DNA of 64,000 bases from Trichoplax adhaerens. Lineage: Eukaryota; Animalia; Placozoa. The position numbers were made by a program, and so were the translations under genes. The stretch spans positions 124,001-188,000 of the forward strand of contig NW_002060965.1 of NCBI RefSeq assembly GCF_000150275.1. The letters are read 5' to 3'. This document shows positions 1 through 13,680 of this stretch, in pieces (the first letter of the stretch is position 1; every line of letters begins with the position of its first letter). The notes under the pieces were generated by a model. It made no database searches, was not told where the DNA came from, and saw only the letters and a program-made list of their open reading frames with translations.

Positions 1-2904
1 GCTGAGAAAGCTTAATATAAATACTTAATAGGCAGATTCAATCCGGTAGAATACTAATGCTCTTACATCGAATTAATGTACATCCGCTAATGCATTGTAT
101 GGCATGATTATGCGTAAATTTAGTCACCATTTATGGAAGTAATCGCACGACTTGGATAAGTGATTTGTAACATTGCATTCATTTAAAGAGTAAGATGATA
201 TATTGCACCAAAATTGCGATATTATAGAATGTATTGTATAATGAATTGCTGTCGATATCCCATTCCTAATAATTAATCTACGATGTAACAAATATTTTGT
301 ATTTCCATAGCTTTGAGGCGTGATTTTGATTAACTTTGTTAAGACATATTGTAACCATCAATATGGTTGTTTAATATGCTTAATTAAATACAACATCATA
401 GACTCAAGTTTTCTCTTAAACTGACCAATCCATTTTAAGACTGTGGTGATAAAACTGACGATCATTTGTGATATCCAGTCTTATCTAATAAACGACTTAA
501 ACTATTATAGAGTACAGGATGAAGCGCTAAGTGTTAGTTTTGCCTTGCATCGGCATTCAGAACCTTAACTGGATTTAATTATATTGGATTGGTAGGATAT
601 TATGGCATACGAAGTACAGTAGTTAGGGTATTAGAACATAAACAAGAAGAGAATGCAAGACCGTAACTTATGCATTACTTTATAACTATAGAGTTGTTAT
701 TTCCCTCTCGTACGATTTAGGTGATTATAATATCATTTATAGCCTTATTTCCTTCTATGATTTCCTCAAGTATAAATTTTATGGTTATAACTTTATGGAT
801 ATTATCCCTATTCCATTCGATTAAGTTGACCATAATATTATTTATAGCATATTTATTTCCATAATAACCGAGTTGGCTGATGTTGAGATATAGTAATTAT
901 AAATGATAATCACCAGACTTGTATATCCATCAATACATCCAATTTATTTAGTTAAAATTAGAAATTACTAATAAGTAGCTGAACACAACACTAAACCAAA
1001 ACCGATAGTTATCAATGAGTAAGAAGATCAAATCTAACGTCAAACCTAAGATCAAAACTATCGGATCTTTGTAGTTCTTACCCATCTAGCTTACCATGCA
1101 TATCCTTAAGTACTATCTAATTTAAACAGTGCTATTAAAGTTCAAATTACTAATTACTAATTTTAAGACGATTACATTCCATAAAGAATCGATTCCAAAT
1201 CTTGATAATTAATACTACCGTTAGTTATTGTATTAGTAATAAATACTATAACATGAATGTAACAGCTAGGATAAAAAATAGAGCAATATATTGAAAATTG
1301 TTCTAGCTAATTATTGGTATCATATCGCCTTTATCAATTATAAACATTTGCGATTTGCTCCGGGTTATGCTTCATTCCATTAATGTAATTATTTTTTATA
1401 ATAATAAGGCAAGCAAATCAAATATTTGTTCTAAGAATAAACCATAATTAAATCTAAATGTGATGAGAATCCTCACTGTAATCCTAGATGATATAAAATA
1501 TTGCTTCTATAAGTTATCCGATCGAAAAGGTTTCACTACGCCGAAATATTTATTACAGAAACTATTTTCTTTTCAGAAATTCCATTAGCGTAAATATTTA
1601 TGTCTAAGTTTAGATTGCAAAAACAACATTTTACATGAATAAAGTTCTTTGTTTTCTGCAAGAAATTTATTAAATTCTTTTACTAACTGAATAATTACAG
1701 TTTGAAATTTATTGTAGATATGTAATCGTATGAGTACATAAATAGAAAATTCTTTAATTATAAAAATAGATTGTGTAAATGACAATAACTGTCACTGAAA
1801 AGATCGATATCTTTTAGACAAAGATATCATTAATTATGAAGAAATAAGAGGATTAATAATTAGACTTGACGCAGGGTTTTTCAATTCCTTCCGGTATTAA
1901 GTCAGAGATTGATAAGTATAAGCTGTTTGCAGATTTAGTCGCAATTGCTTTAATTCGCTAATCAATCAAGTGAGGTATTACAACAATGATGATACCTATC
2001 TTCGAAGGGATCCATGTCTATTAGACAAAAGGTTATTAATGATAAAGAAGTAAAAGAATTAGTTTATAGAATTGTAGCAGAAATTTCTCAATTTCTTTTG
2101 GTTTTAAGTTCCAAGACTAATAGTGTAATTTACCGACAATTTCAGTCTTAATTGCTTCAACCCGCTAATCAAACTATCGGTATGCAGTAACCTAATTATG
2201 ATATTCACCTTAATCTCGTAATAGTAAAGAGGATCATTTGATATCCCTTTTAATGATTCACAAACTTGATGCGACATAACATCAAACTTTTTTAAATCAC
2301 GATTATTTACGATGGTAGATAAAAATTTCATGCAATCTTAGCCCTACTGGTTAAATCTAGTAATGCACGAATAGAAATTTAGTGCTTTGAGATTGATCGA
2401 TAGTATTCTTATTTAAACTCCATAGTTGATGAAATCTGATTGGTTTATTCCTATCTTTTTTATCTTAACTGATCGTCTTAAGTTTGTTAATACGCATGAT
2501 TATCTTTAGCTCTAGTACCTTGCCAGCTAATTAATAGTAGATATGAGGACCATTTATTGAAAAATGTATGTGCTATAAACAAATTTTCTCAAGATGCTCT
2601 CGATCGTAACCAAAGGACCTTGTTTTCTGGAAAGGAAACAGAAAATTTGCTGCTAGTAAAATTCTTTGATATCGGACTATAGACGGCGAATAATGCATTC
2701 GATTATTAGCATACCCAATGCTCTAAAATAGATTTTCTAAGTAATATCCTTTAATTTTTTGTAGATCGATTCATGATATTTAAAATTGATAAGGTACTCA
2801 TCCATCACGTATATCCGAACAAATTCACAGCTTTGAAAGCAACTAAATGTCATCTTAATATATCAAATAAAGAAAAAATTTTTGATTCTATCAACGTCTT
2901 ATAA

Positions 2905-3910
2905 AAGGATGAACTTGATATTTTGCACATGCAAATATACATTAGAGCAATTAAGTTGTGAAAAAGCAAAGATATTTACGTTAAATATTTTACATAGAGA
3001 TAGGGGACTGCTTATTTTTCTATCTCTATGAACATATTGGAGTATTTCAAATCATTCATAGTAACTTGGGTGCTATCTTCAAGAGCGAAAGCTGTAACGA
3101 GCTGGAAATTTATTGAGTGGCACAAACCAAATGGAAGCATAAACTTTATATTTTACTTGTTTAATTTACCTGTCAGAGCAATTTGCTTGTAGGAAAGCAA
3201 AGATTTTTGTTAAACATATTGCATTGAGATAAGAGGTTGTTTACTTTTCATCTCCACGGACATATTGCAGCGATTTCAAATCATTGATAGTAACTAGGGA
3301 ACTAATTTTACTGTTAAAGCTAGAACAAGCTTGTGGTTGGTTGAGTGATATAGACCAAATAGACAGAGAACCTTTATATTTTGTATGTTTAATTTATGCA
3401 CTAGAGTAATTAAGCAATACAGAGCCATTCACTGGGAGGGAAGCAAAAATATTTTTTTCAAATATATCGCTTAGAGATAAGAGACTGTTTATTATTTTCC
3501 CATCCACATGGACATCTTGGAGCTATTTCAAATCATTGATGGTAACTAGGGTGATATCTTTATAGGATAAAGCTACAAATAGTTCTGAATTTGTTGACAG
3601 ATACAGACTAGATGAAAGGATGAGCTTTATGTTTTGAATATTTAATTAGCCAATTCTCCTATTAGAGCAATTCAGTTGTAGGAAAGGAAAAAAATTTTAT
3701 TAACTGTATTGTATGGACATAAGAGATTAATTATTTTTTATCTCTGTGGACATATCAAAACTACTTTTAAATCATTGATGGTAACTAAGGTGTTATCTTC
3801 ACAAGCTAAAGCTATAAAGAGCTTTGAATTTATTGTCGGATAAAGACTTAGTAAAAGGATAAACTTTATATATCACACATTAATTTTACATATTAGAGTA
3901 ATTAAGTGAT
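2905..3910. repeat. Degenerate tandem repeat, ~230-250 bp unit, ~4 copies
   Basis: Anchor TTTCAAATCATT(G/C)AT(A/G)GTAACT at 3045, 3274, 3526 and 3766. A second anchor ACTTTATATTT...TTAGAG(C/T)AATT recurs at the same spacing. Confidence 0.85.
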
Positions 3911-6900
3911 CAGAACAGATCTAAAGTTATTTTTAAATATTGTCTCCAAAGCAAGTTCGCAATATTATCGATTGGCGTTGAAAGAAAATACAATGATGGT
4001 CTTGATAGACTATTATACGTTATACTATACATTTCAAATATTAGAATATTTTACGAATTTTGCTGGGCAACTATTGTATCACTATAATCGGCAATAGCCA
4101 GTCAATATTATTCCATACTAAGGCTAGAAACAAGTAGAAAAATTATCTCGTCGTGAATGAAGTTGCTCTGACAACCCATAGAATCAATTTCAAATATGAC
4201 CATTCATCAATATTCAAATTTTGACCATTGACGTCGAATTTTTAAATAACGTAAAACTTGCTGTCAATATTATTACAGCGTTCGAACGTTAAATTAATTT
4301 ACGACCATCATGATAACAAAAGAAGTTAAACATGGATACATGTAAAAGCATAGAATTAACATTGTATAGTAATCATACTATTTAAACGGTGATAATAGCC
4401 AAGAATTGCTTACCTTAGTGGTTGACAGAAAGCTATATGTTGATATGGTTGTTGCTATTAACATCATGTCGGTTCAATGACAGTTTCAATAATCCATTTT
4501 ATTTGCATAAGAATCGATATCCAGTAGCCCTTTCGTCATTGGATAAGATCTGAATTCATTAATTTTAGCACGTAAAGCTACGAGATGAAGATAGTTAATT
4601 AAGGAGTGGATGATACTATAACACTTAGCAACCAAAATCACAACACCTAGTTTAACAATTGCTCAATTGTGCACCATGACATTGCCAACATGGTTTGTCT
4701 TTATTTGACTCTCCCTGTATATATAATATAGCCATGTTACGAGAAAAGCTTATTTTTATGCTTAAATATTAATTCTAAATTGTGCAGTACCGGTAATTTG
4801 TACTATTAAAATTACTGACAGAGAAGGTTACAAGTTTTTGGTGAAGGAAAGATCATTTTTAACTTAGTAAGTTAAAAGCTTTGAAAATTTCCCATTTCGT
4901 TTGCTTTACACTTAAATAGCGTAATCTTATAAACCTGATTTTGTTTTCTCTTATAAAAGGACTAGTGCAAAATTTGATCTAAACCAAGATTGATTAAGAA
5001 GAATTAACAATTTTTATCCACAAACAGCCATTGTGATTATTGCTACTTTCTCACAAGGTAAGTTTTCGCTAAACTAATCGAGTATACTTAGAATAATGGA
5101 CCATCAAGATGACAGGATAACCTGTTGCATTTAGCTTTTGGTCACTGAGAGTATTTAGAGTAAGACAGAATGATATTTTCGTATTTAAGACGACAAAAAA
5201 ATCAATACTACATAGCCTGTTGTATGCTGTGAAATGCATCTTATGAACTTACCTCTCTTGCGCTGTGGCATTTCTTGACGAGATCTCTTGTCGCACTATC
5301 ATTTACAGATGATATTAAAGACGATGTTAATTACAGTGTTTACAACCGCTTTGGGATAATATACTGAAATCATAACAGTAATTAATTTTCTTTTATGAAT
5401 AAAATCCTTAATTTTTCTTTAATAGCCGTCATGCTGTGTATAATCGTTTGCCTTTTACTTTGCTATCGTCATTTATTGCTAGTAATATAAGAGCGATCTT
5501 ATTTCATACATCAGTTATAATTTCAATTTAGCATTTGATCGCTCTGAGGCTCATTATATTGACTCATGGAATCATCATCACCTTGCTTTAATTAATAAAG
5601 CAGACGAGACTGCTTTTAGAAAGTTAGAATACATCGGAGCCACCAATGATACATTGTCATAATAGCCGTATAGGATATCATTTCTATTGGAATGGAGATT
5701 TATTATGATTAATTTTATAGTCAATCTTATGTTACTGAATCTAAATTGTACTACATTTATTAATTTTTAAATCTTTCTGCACCTAAATTATAATAGTTTA
5801 ATTTGATTTGTTCCTTGTTTTAAATTGACAAGACTATTTATACATGTAGAGAATAAATTCGAATTGGGAATGATCAATATAAGTACCATCTAATATTATT
5901 TAACGTGATTGGGAATATAGTACATTTAAATTTTATCGCTAGGGCCTCTGTTACTGATTCTAAATTATCTTATAACATTTTACCAACCTCTGCAGTCAAT
6001 AACTATATTAAATTTCTCTAGAGAAATTTCATGTAAAGCCATATCTCTATCTCTTAATGGGGAGACCTACTACGTTAACGGAATATTTTGTTCACGACTA
6101 ATTACGACCGAATTTCTTAATTGGATACATGAAATAACACGATGGCATGTAAATAGTTAATACTAGTCGAATTAGATTTACTTAAAATAGCTTTATAGGC
6201 GTAGAAATGCTAAGCAACGTGCGAAAATGCCAAACGATTAGACTTGCGAAAAGGGAATGAAAGCTCAAATGAAATCCGTTATTAACACGATTTCGTTACA
6301 CATATTTAATTGAAGTTACTGAAAAACGTCGCCAATTTAACCTGTGGAGCCCTATAAATAGGTAGTTTTAACTTCCTTAGTATCATTCTCTCGATAAATT
6401 CAAGTTGGATAAATAATATATGACAGCGTTAAAATAATTTAGTAATCATTACTTCACACGGAAAAAATGACTTTAACATATAAGGGTTGTATATTGTCTT
6501 ACCGGTAGCATGAATTAGTAGATTTTTTCTTCTTTATTAACTGTAATATGACATTGGTATAGAAATAATTTCATGTAGCTCTGAAGCCATTTTGCAGCTA
6601 TTTCTCTAATGCTCATTAATAACAATAATCATAAAATGTAATTGAATACAAAACAATGTAGCACCTGGCGATGGCCTATGTACAGATAATGAAAGGTAGA
6701 ATGCGGTAATAGAAGAATAATCACCTTTAGAATTTATGTCATGTTTAAGGGTTTTACTGACGAGCTAATTATGCCCTCTTTCAAGCATTTGACCTTATTC
6801 TAACGTTGTATTCTTTCCATAACTATTAAAATTCTTTCCTATAAGTGGTAGGAAAAATTTTTAAACTTTCGTCAGGCCTTAATATTGGAAGAAATTAAAA

Positions 6901-8149
6901 AAAGTTAATCTAAACTAAAGATGACCCCCTAACCCTTTCCCATTGGAATAATAGTTTATAATAATATCATAGATCGACAAATAGACAAATCAGTCAGTTA
7001 TTTCTCTACTAATCTATTATCTTAGCGCTTTTCAATATAGATATGCAAATTTTGCCTGAATAACTAAGAATCGTAAAGAATGTCTTAATCAACGTGATTG
7101 TATCTAGCAATTTCTCCTTCAGTATCGCTATATAAAACATAAGTCATTCTCTTTGAGAATGCAACGGTCGTTGATGATGATATTTGCTATTTTTTCTAAA
7201 GAATTTCAGTTTATTCATTTTGAAAATATTTCTTAATCCAGCTATGGCGCTGAATCCATAGCAATTGCTATACAGAGTCACTAGCAATAATGATCAAGTT
7301 GAGACGTAAAATTAACGAATATAGGATATTCCATTTAAATAAGAAATTGTATTAACCTATTACGACTAAGACTGAGTACCATAGTTGATTGTTGGCATTC
7401 TAGAGGGAATAATCAATTTTTAAATCTAAATTGCCATTATTGAACTCTGTTTAGTTATCCTCGTCAGAAACTGAAGTAGTAAGCATTTATTATTCAAATT
7501 TGAAGCTATCTTTCATTCTCTATGGAAAATGACAGAAACAATTATTAGTTATTTGACCAGAAACAGTCAATACCTTTTCGTGAAGGTTAAGATCTCGTTA
7601 ATGAATAATGTTGTTGATGTCATGAATGAACCGAAAATTTTATACTAATTCTTCACCGACAAATTATCACGTTAATATCCAACATATCCTATATACGTTG
7701 ACGTTGATAAGTATGGTTGTAATCTAATAAATCATCATAGATTAATAATTTATTTCATTTTATCAGTATGTTGTAGATTGCTAACATGCAGTTAATGTGA
7801 TTATTAATTTACTCTATCGTCGCCGAAAAATAAATAGGAATAATCCATGTTATACATAGAATAGACTGCCATGAACATTGCTGAATAGTTTTAATTTACG
7901 ATAACTGATGTGTTGTCGACTACCTATTCTTACACAGATAAAGCAAGGCTATCATATCATAAATAAAGATGCAGTAATAATACTTATTTTGCCCATACAT
8001 CAAAACTCAATAATCTTTAATTGAATACGATGATCACTTGAATATAATTGCCGGTTAAAAAACTTAGCGAGAATGGTACTCTGTCTTATATTACGTCGAT
8101 AAACATGGCTATCATCGCATAAGTGAACGTAAACGTACGTGTATTAACA

Positions 8150-8665
8150 GGTTCATTTTGCCAATATATCAGACATTATTAATTTGCAATTTAATACAAT
8201 CATCGCTTGAATATATCGCCGCATAAAAATTAGTAGCAACAGTGTATTATCCGATATCCATAAAACAATTTTTATCTTCTCATTACTGAATATTATTAGT
8301 TTCCTATTTTGTCAACATATCAGATATCGTTAATACGTAATTGTAATTTAATGCGGTCATCGCTTGAATACATATATTGCTGCATAAAAATTAGCGGAAA
8401 TGATTCACTATTTGATGTAGATTAAACAAGATTATCTTCTCCTACATGAAGGTACATCCATTGTTTCCTCTGCTATCAGTATGCGTATATCAGATATCAT
8501 TAATATATAATTATTATTCATATAATCATCGCTTGAATACAGTATATTACCCACATAAAAAATTGGCGGAAATAGTTCATTATCTGTTATAGATAAAATA
8601 AGGTTATCTTCACGTAATGATCATACACTATTAACTTCTTACTTTGCCAGTATCTCAAATATATT
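8150..8665. repeat. Degenerate tandem repeat, ~150-170 bp unit, 3 copies
   Basis: The string TATCAGA(C/T)AT..TAAT...CATCGCTTGAATA...CATAAAAA..TT...TTATCTTC occurs three times, with units starting near 8166, 8318 and 8488. Confidence 0.85.
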
Positions 8666-8856
8666 GAATCTGCAGCTTAACAATGCAGCCATCACATTTA
8701 TTTACTACCGTTAATGACGATCGATTAGCAACATTAATAAATTGTCTAGTGGCCATAGCCAGCGCTATTTGTTTACAGCGACATGATGATGCAAATATCA
8801 CGTGATCCCTAGTTGTGGACATTCCAAATTTTACCAAACTTGGAATTTGAGGTTAC

Positions 8857-8870
8857 GTAACCATGGAGAC
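8857..8870. promoter_or_regulatory. RFX X-box upstream of the orphan gene
   Basis: GTAACCATGGAGAC fits the 14-bp X-box consensus RTHNYYWTRRNRAC at every position. It lies ~410 bp upstream of the ATG at 9281. Confidence 0.6.
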
Positions 8871-9280
8871 CATTTTGCGTTTTGGTTGTTTCCGCGGAAT
8901 GCAACCACTTGTAGACATTGCTTGGGAAGATCCCATGTAGAGACAGCTTAGATTACAATAGTTTGCTTTATTTATGCATTTTTTTCTCATTAAAACAGAA
9001 GTAAGACACTATTGACTATCGATAATTCGTGCATTACGTCGGAAAGCGTAGCATTAATTAAGTAGATCCATCAAAAGATTTAAGAAAATTTTAGTATTGC
9101 CGTAAATGGATAGGCAGTAGTGTAGAAATAGTAGTTGGTAAATGAAGAAGATAAAAATAGAAAAATAGTAGGATAATATTAGCGTGCGTCTGTAATGGAA
9201 TCTTTTACTAGAAAACAAGTTAGAATTAAAAAATTGACTATACCGTAGTTACTAAAGTACAGTACAGTATAAACCTGAAA

Positions 9281-12200
9281 ATGGCGACGAAACAGCGGGT
9301 TCATATGTAAGTTAATTAATATGTGCTCTTTATTGCTACACCTACAGCCGTTGGAACTATTGACATGACATATTAATGATTTTATTAATAAAAAATGGTC
9401 GTTTAACCAACACAGTTATTGCCATTAGGTCTTGGTTCTAAATCATACCTTAGTAGAGCCAAAAAAGTTTTCTCTGATTGCCATTACTTTTGTTCATCTC
9501 ATACTAAATAATGATAAAATTTTGAATCAAACAAATCTTACAGGATTAACTTATACTTTTCAATATCCGAATATATTCTTATCGTAGTTGTAGACTTTCG
9601 ATATGAAGGTGTAATATAATAGGAGTTTACTAGCCTTTGTAGGCTTCTTATCAGTATCTCTCAATCTTGCCTAACAGCCATATTCTCAATATTTATAGGA
9701 GTAGCCAATTTCCCAAGAATAAAGTCATATATAGTCACTCGAAAAATCAACGCGTCGTCTTCAGTAGGCAAGTGCCAGCTCCTTTTACTTTATCGTCCGA
9801 GATTAATAGAAGGAGCGCTCTGTCTACAATATCAGGTAAGCGAATAATTAATTATGTAAATATAAATATGCTACCATTTCATCCTTTGTCAATTCCAGAT
9901 TCGCTCTCTAGATATTAACGATCTATTTTTCACGGTTTACTTTAGGCTTTGGTAAAAATCGTCCAGTAAAGAAAGGAAAGAATTCAATGCAGGGATTTTC
10001 CAATATTATAGCTAACTTTGGCAGCCAGAGCAAGGGCAACTTTGTTCAAAGCTATGGCAGCCAACGACCCACAACCAAAAATAAACCATCCACTACCAAG
10101 TCATCGGTTGCTCTAGTTCCTCCTTTGAGACGATTTATGACAGCCGTTTCAAGTGCTCATTCTACAAAAACCACTAAGTCTGCCATTAAAAGTGGTCATG
10201 CTTCATCAAAATCGAACGCTTCTCGTCAAGATCGTTACAGTACTGGCAAAGATAGCAATAGAAATACAACTGCTGTTAGTCGTGGCACTGATGGAATGAA
10301 AAGTAATCAATCATCAAGATATAGCCAAGTCAGACCATCGAAAAAGTCAAACGATGCCACAGGAATTCCAATGTATTCAAAGTTACAGTCTAGAGTTCAC
10401 GATAGTCGTAGGCCAAGATTGCAGCCTATTGCTGAAACTATTAAGCAAAAGCCACATAGTCGACGTACAACAAGTGAAATTACTCGTGTTTATTCATTAA
10501 GCACGCCATTTAATGGGCCAACAGCAATGAAATCCAATAATGGTCATTTATCAGAACGTCATTCTAGGCCTGATAATGATCGTTATGATGCCAATAAATC
10601 GGTTAAAAAAGAAGATAAGCCGAAACAACCTATTCCAACATTAAAGTCTCGCTTACCTAAATCCGTATTTTCATCCATGGTCGTTGGTAGTAACAAATTC
10701 GGTCAATCTAATCCTGATGATAATGATGCCAATAAACTTGAATCACAACCGAAAAAGGACAATAAATTCTCCCAAAATGCAAAGAAATCTTCAAAGCCTC
10801 TACCCTCCTTTGCAAAAAATCGTCGTGCATGTGGTGCTGCAAGTGATTCCGACCTTAGTAAAACCAACAAAAAGCCGACTAAACCATCCAAGCCCAAATA
10901 TAAATCCGATTTACATTTGAACTTCTTACCAATCAATCTGTCTTATTACAAAGATTATGGTGTTACTGAACCAAAATCATTGGGTATGAAGAAATGGGCT
11001 TCTGATGAAAAGATTCGTAAATCTCCCTACAAGTTAAATCTTAAAGTCAACCCTGAATCTACATCGAATGGTGGCAAAATTCCTTCTCCACGCGATGAAC
11101 GCCGTAAATTATCATCTGAAAATCAAAATCTAGCCATTAGCCCAGCCAATCAGGAACTAATTAAAGGGCTCAATCGAATCTATGGTAAATCAGTAAAACA
11201 GAACTTATTGCGTGGAAAAATAGCTGAAAAGGTGCGCCATGCACAAGAAGAACAGAAACTCCGTGAAAAAATACAATCCAAGAATGAAAGGCGCTTATCG
11301 AATATAAAAAAGAAGGAAAGGGAGGAAGATATCCGTAACATTAAAGAAAAACATAATAAGGATTTACAAAAGCGCTATGCCAATACACATATGTCGATGA
11401 AAGCATTATCTATTGCTGTTATTGCCGGTATGAAACTAAAGCAAGGATGGATGCCGCGAGTGGATGATTCTAAAAAATCGCAACCATTGTACACAACCAC
11501 ATCGATTAAAAAGCCTAAAAGTGATCAAGATAAGGCTAGTTCTGTTGCAAGTTCCAGAAATTCGATCGCTCTTCCTGCGGAGGAGGGACATAAATTTTTA
11601 CCAGCCTTGGATGTGAAGCATGAAACGCAGCAACCGTTGAGCTATAATCTCAGCAATCGAAATAGCCCCAAGTCTATGTTTAATCTAAGAGCAGAGGATG
11701 ATGAGTCGATCTTACCACGACTAAAAACTCCTCCAGATTTTTCAAAATCGCTTGATACCCTGCAAAGAGAGATTGAATTGCCTAAAACGCCTGATTTTCT
11801 CGATAGACAAACATTACATCTCGATGACGATGATGACGACCAAATTGCTAAGAGTGACAATGACAAACATGTCAAATTTAGTGACATGGACGATAATCCT
11901 GTCGTAGGAACGACAGCAGGCTACTCGAACCCGCAGTCTCCTATCCTTTCAGGTAAAATAGTGTAGTATGGCCGAAATGATGATTATGGGCCTCGTAGCT
12001 TACAGTGCTTATAATGTTTTGATAACTTATTCAACAGGAAGTTCGAGAGGCAATAGCCCGATACCTAATAATTCTGTTGTGTTGCCTAAAATCTCATCAC
12101 GAGGTATGTCTAGACTACGATTCCTACTAGTATTCATTGGAAGTTTTGCAGATGTGCTCCATTTATAATCCCTTTAAAAATTATTGAAATATTCATACAT

Positions 12201-13680
12201 ATGCTGACCAGTGATAGATATAGATGACAATAAATTAGTAGATATTTATTGCTAGTTTAAAATAGAGGTGAAGAATAAATTACTAGATCTTGATTGCTAG
12301 TCTAAAATAGATGAAAATAAATTATTTTATCTTCATATAGATGAAAAATAAGTTACTACTGTTTCGTTATTTCGTCTTTTTTGTTTTAATTGGTGGATTA
12401 TCTTAATTACAGATAATAGTCCACATGGACCAAGAAGCTCAGCGCCATCTGATGAAGGTCGGAAACTATCGAGCAACGGTGATGATGCGATAGCTAAGCG
12501 ATTAGCAGCATTGAGGAAAGGATCCAAAATCGGAAGTGGTGAAAGTAGCCATGATTTATTGAGCTCGCAAAATGGTCTTGAGCAGAGGCTAAAGGATAAT
12601 AAATTGATAGATGACGATGCAGATGCCGATAGCAGCAAGGGCAGCTTAACCGAAGTACCAGATATCATACAGCAAAAGTTAAAGGAGCTTAAATTAAAGA
12701 ATCGATTGGATAATCCTGGAGATAATTCATCGGATATCGATCAAGGCGATAGTAGGCGCAATAGCAGTGTATATAGTTTAGGATCACTAAGGACAAACCA
12801 AAGGCCAGGTGCATTAGGCTCTGCTAGTAGTGGTTACGCTAGCGAAGGAATTTCACATTTGCCGTCCACAGCTACTGATCCAATCCGTGTTTTACCAACT
12901 CTGGGTAATGATAGTGACAAAATAAATAATGTAAGTGGAGCAGTTAAAAGCAGTTTACAATCTAGATTAGCTCGACTTCGATCCAATCTGGATAAGAACA
13001 GAGCTGGAAGGCCATACAAGCCTCTTAGTCGTAATAGCAGCTTAAAACAGTTGGCTCTGGCTAATAGCAGTGCCCAGCAAGATTCGACTGCAACACCAAC
13101 GAGTTTTAGAGCTGAATCCCAAGTAGATCAAGTTCAATCTGGTATAGCAAATTCCAATAATAATGATGATGACCATGGTGATACGTCAAATTCGCCAATT
13201 AGCTCGTTTGATTTATTACAAAAATTAAAATCGAACGCTGACAATCATAGTGCAGGCAGCAGACGCAGCAGTTTATTTGATACGGATGGCGGAGTACAGA
13301 AAAAGTTAGAAATACTCAAGAATAATCTAAACGATACTCCTGGATATAATAATTACAAACCTAGTAGTGGCAGTCGTATTGGTAGTAGACGCACTAGTTT
13401 GTTCGATGAAGAGGAGGATGTTGCTAAGAGATTGAATGATCTACGTAGTAGTTTAAATGATGATAAAGGATTATTTCAATCGTCTTCGCGTCCCTACACT
13501 GGCAGTAACATCGGCAGTAGGCGAGCTAGTTTGTTCGATAATGGTGGAGATATTCAGAATCAATTAGATTCCTTAAGGGATAACGCCAGTTCTAACCAGG
13601 GATTATATAATTCGCAATCACAAGATCTCTTACAACAGAAACTAGCTGAATTACGATCGACAGCAGCGGTCGAAGGGTAG
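9281..13680 (+). CDS. Orphan, largely disordered protein (~1167 aa) with a basic Ser/Lys-rich N-half, a central coiled coil and a C-terminal MIM1-like/RRxS repeat array
   Basis: Five exons with consistent phases: 9281-9306, 9699-9835, 9946-11952, 12038-12103, 12413-13680 (3504 nt). All junctions are GT..AG. The model joins ORFs 9667, 9987, 11968 and 12511. No recognisable globular domain. Confidence 0.8.

Noticed and set aside
10684-13019. Antisense and alternate-frame ORFs over the orphan gene (and similar ones over TACC and the DOMON genes)
   Set aside because: These are shadows of the real coding strand.
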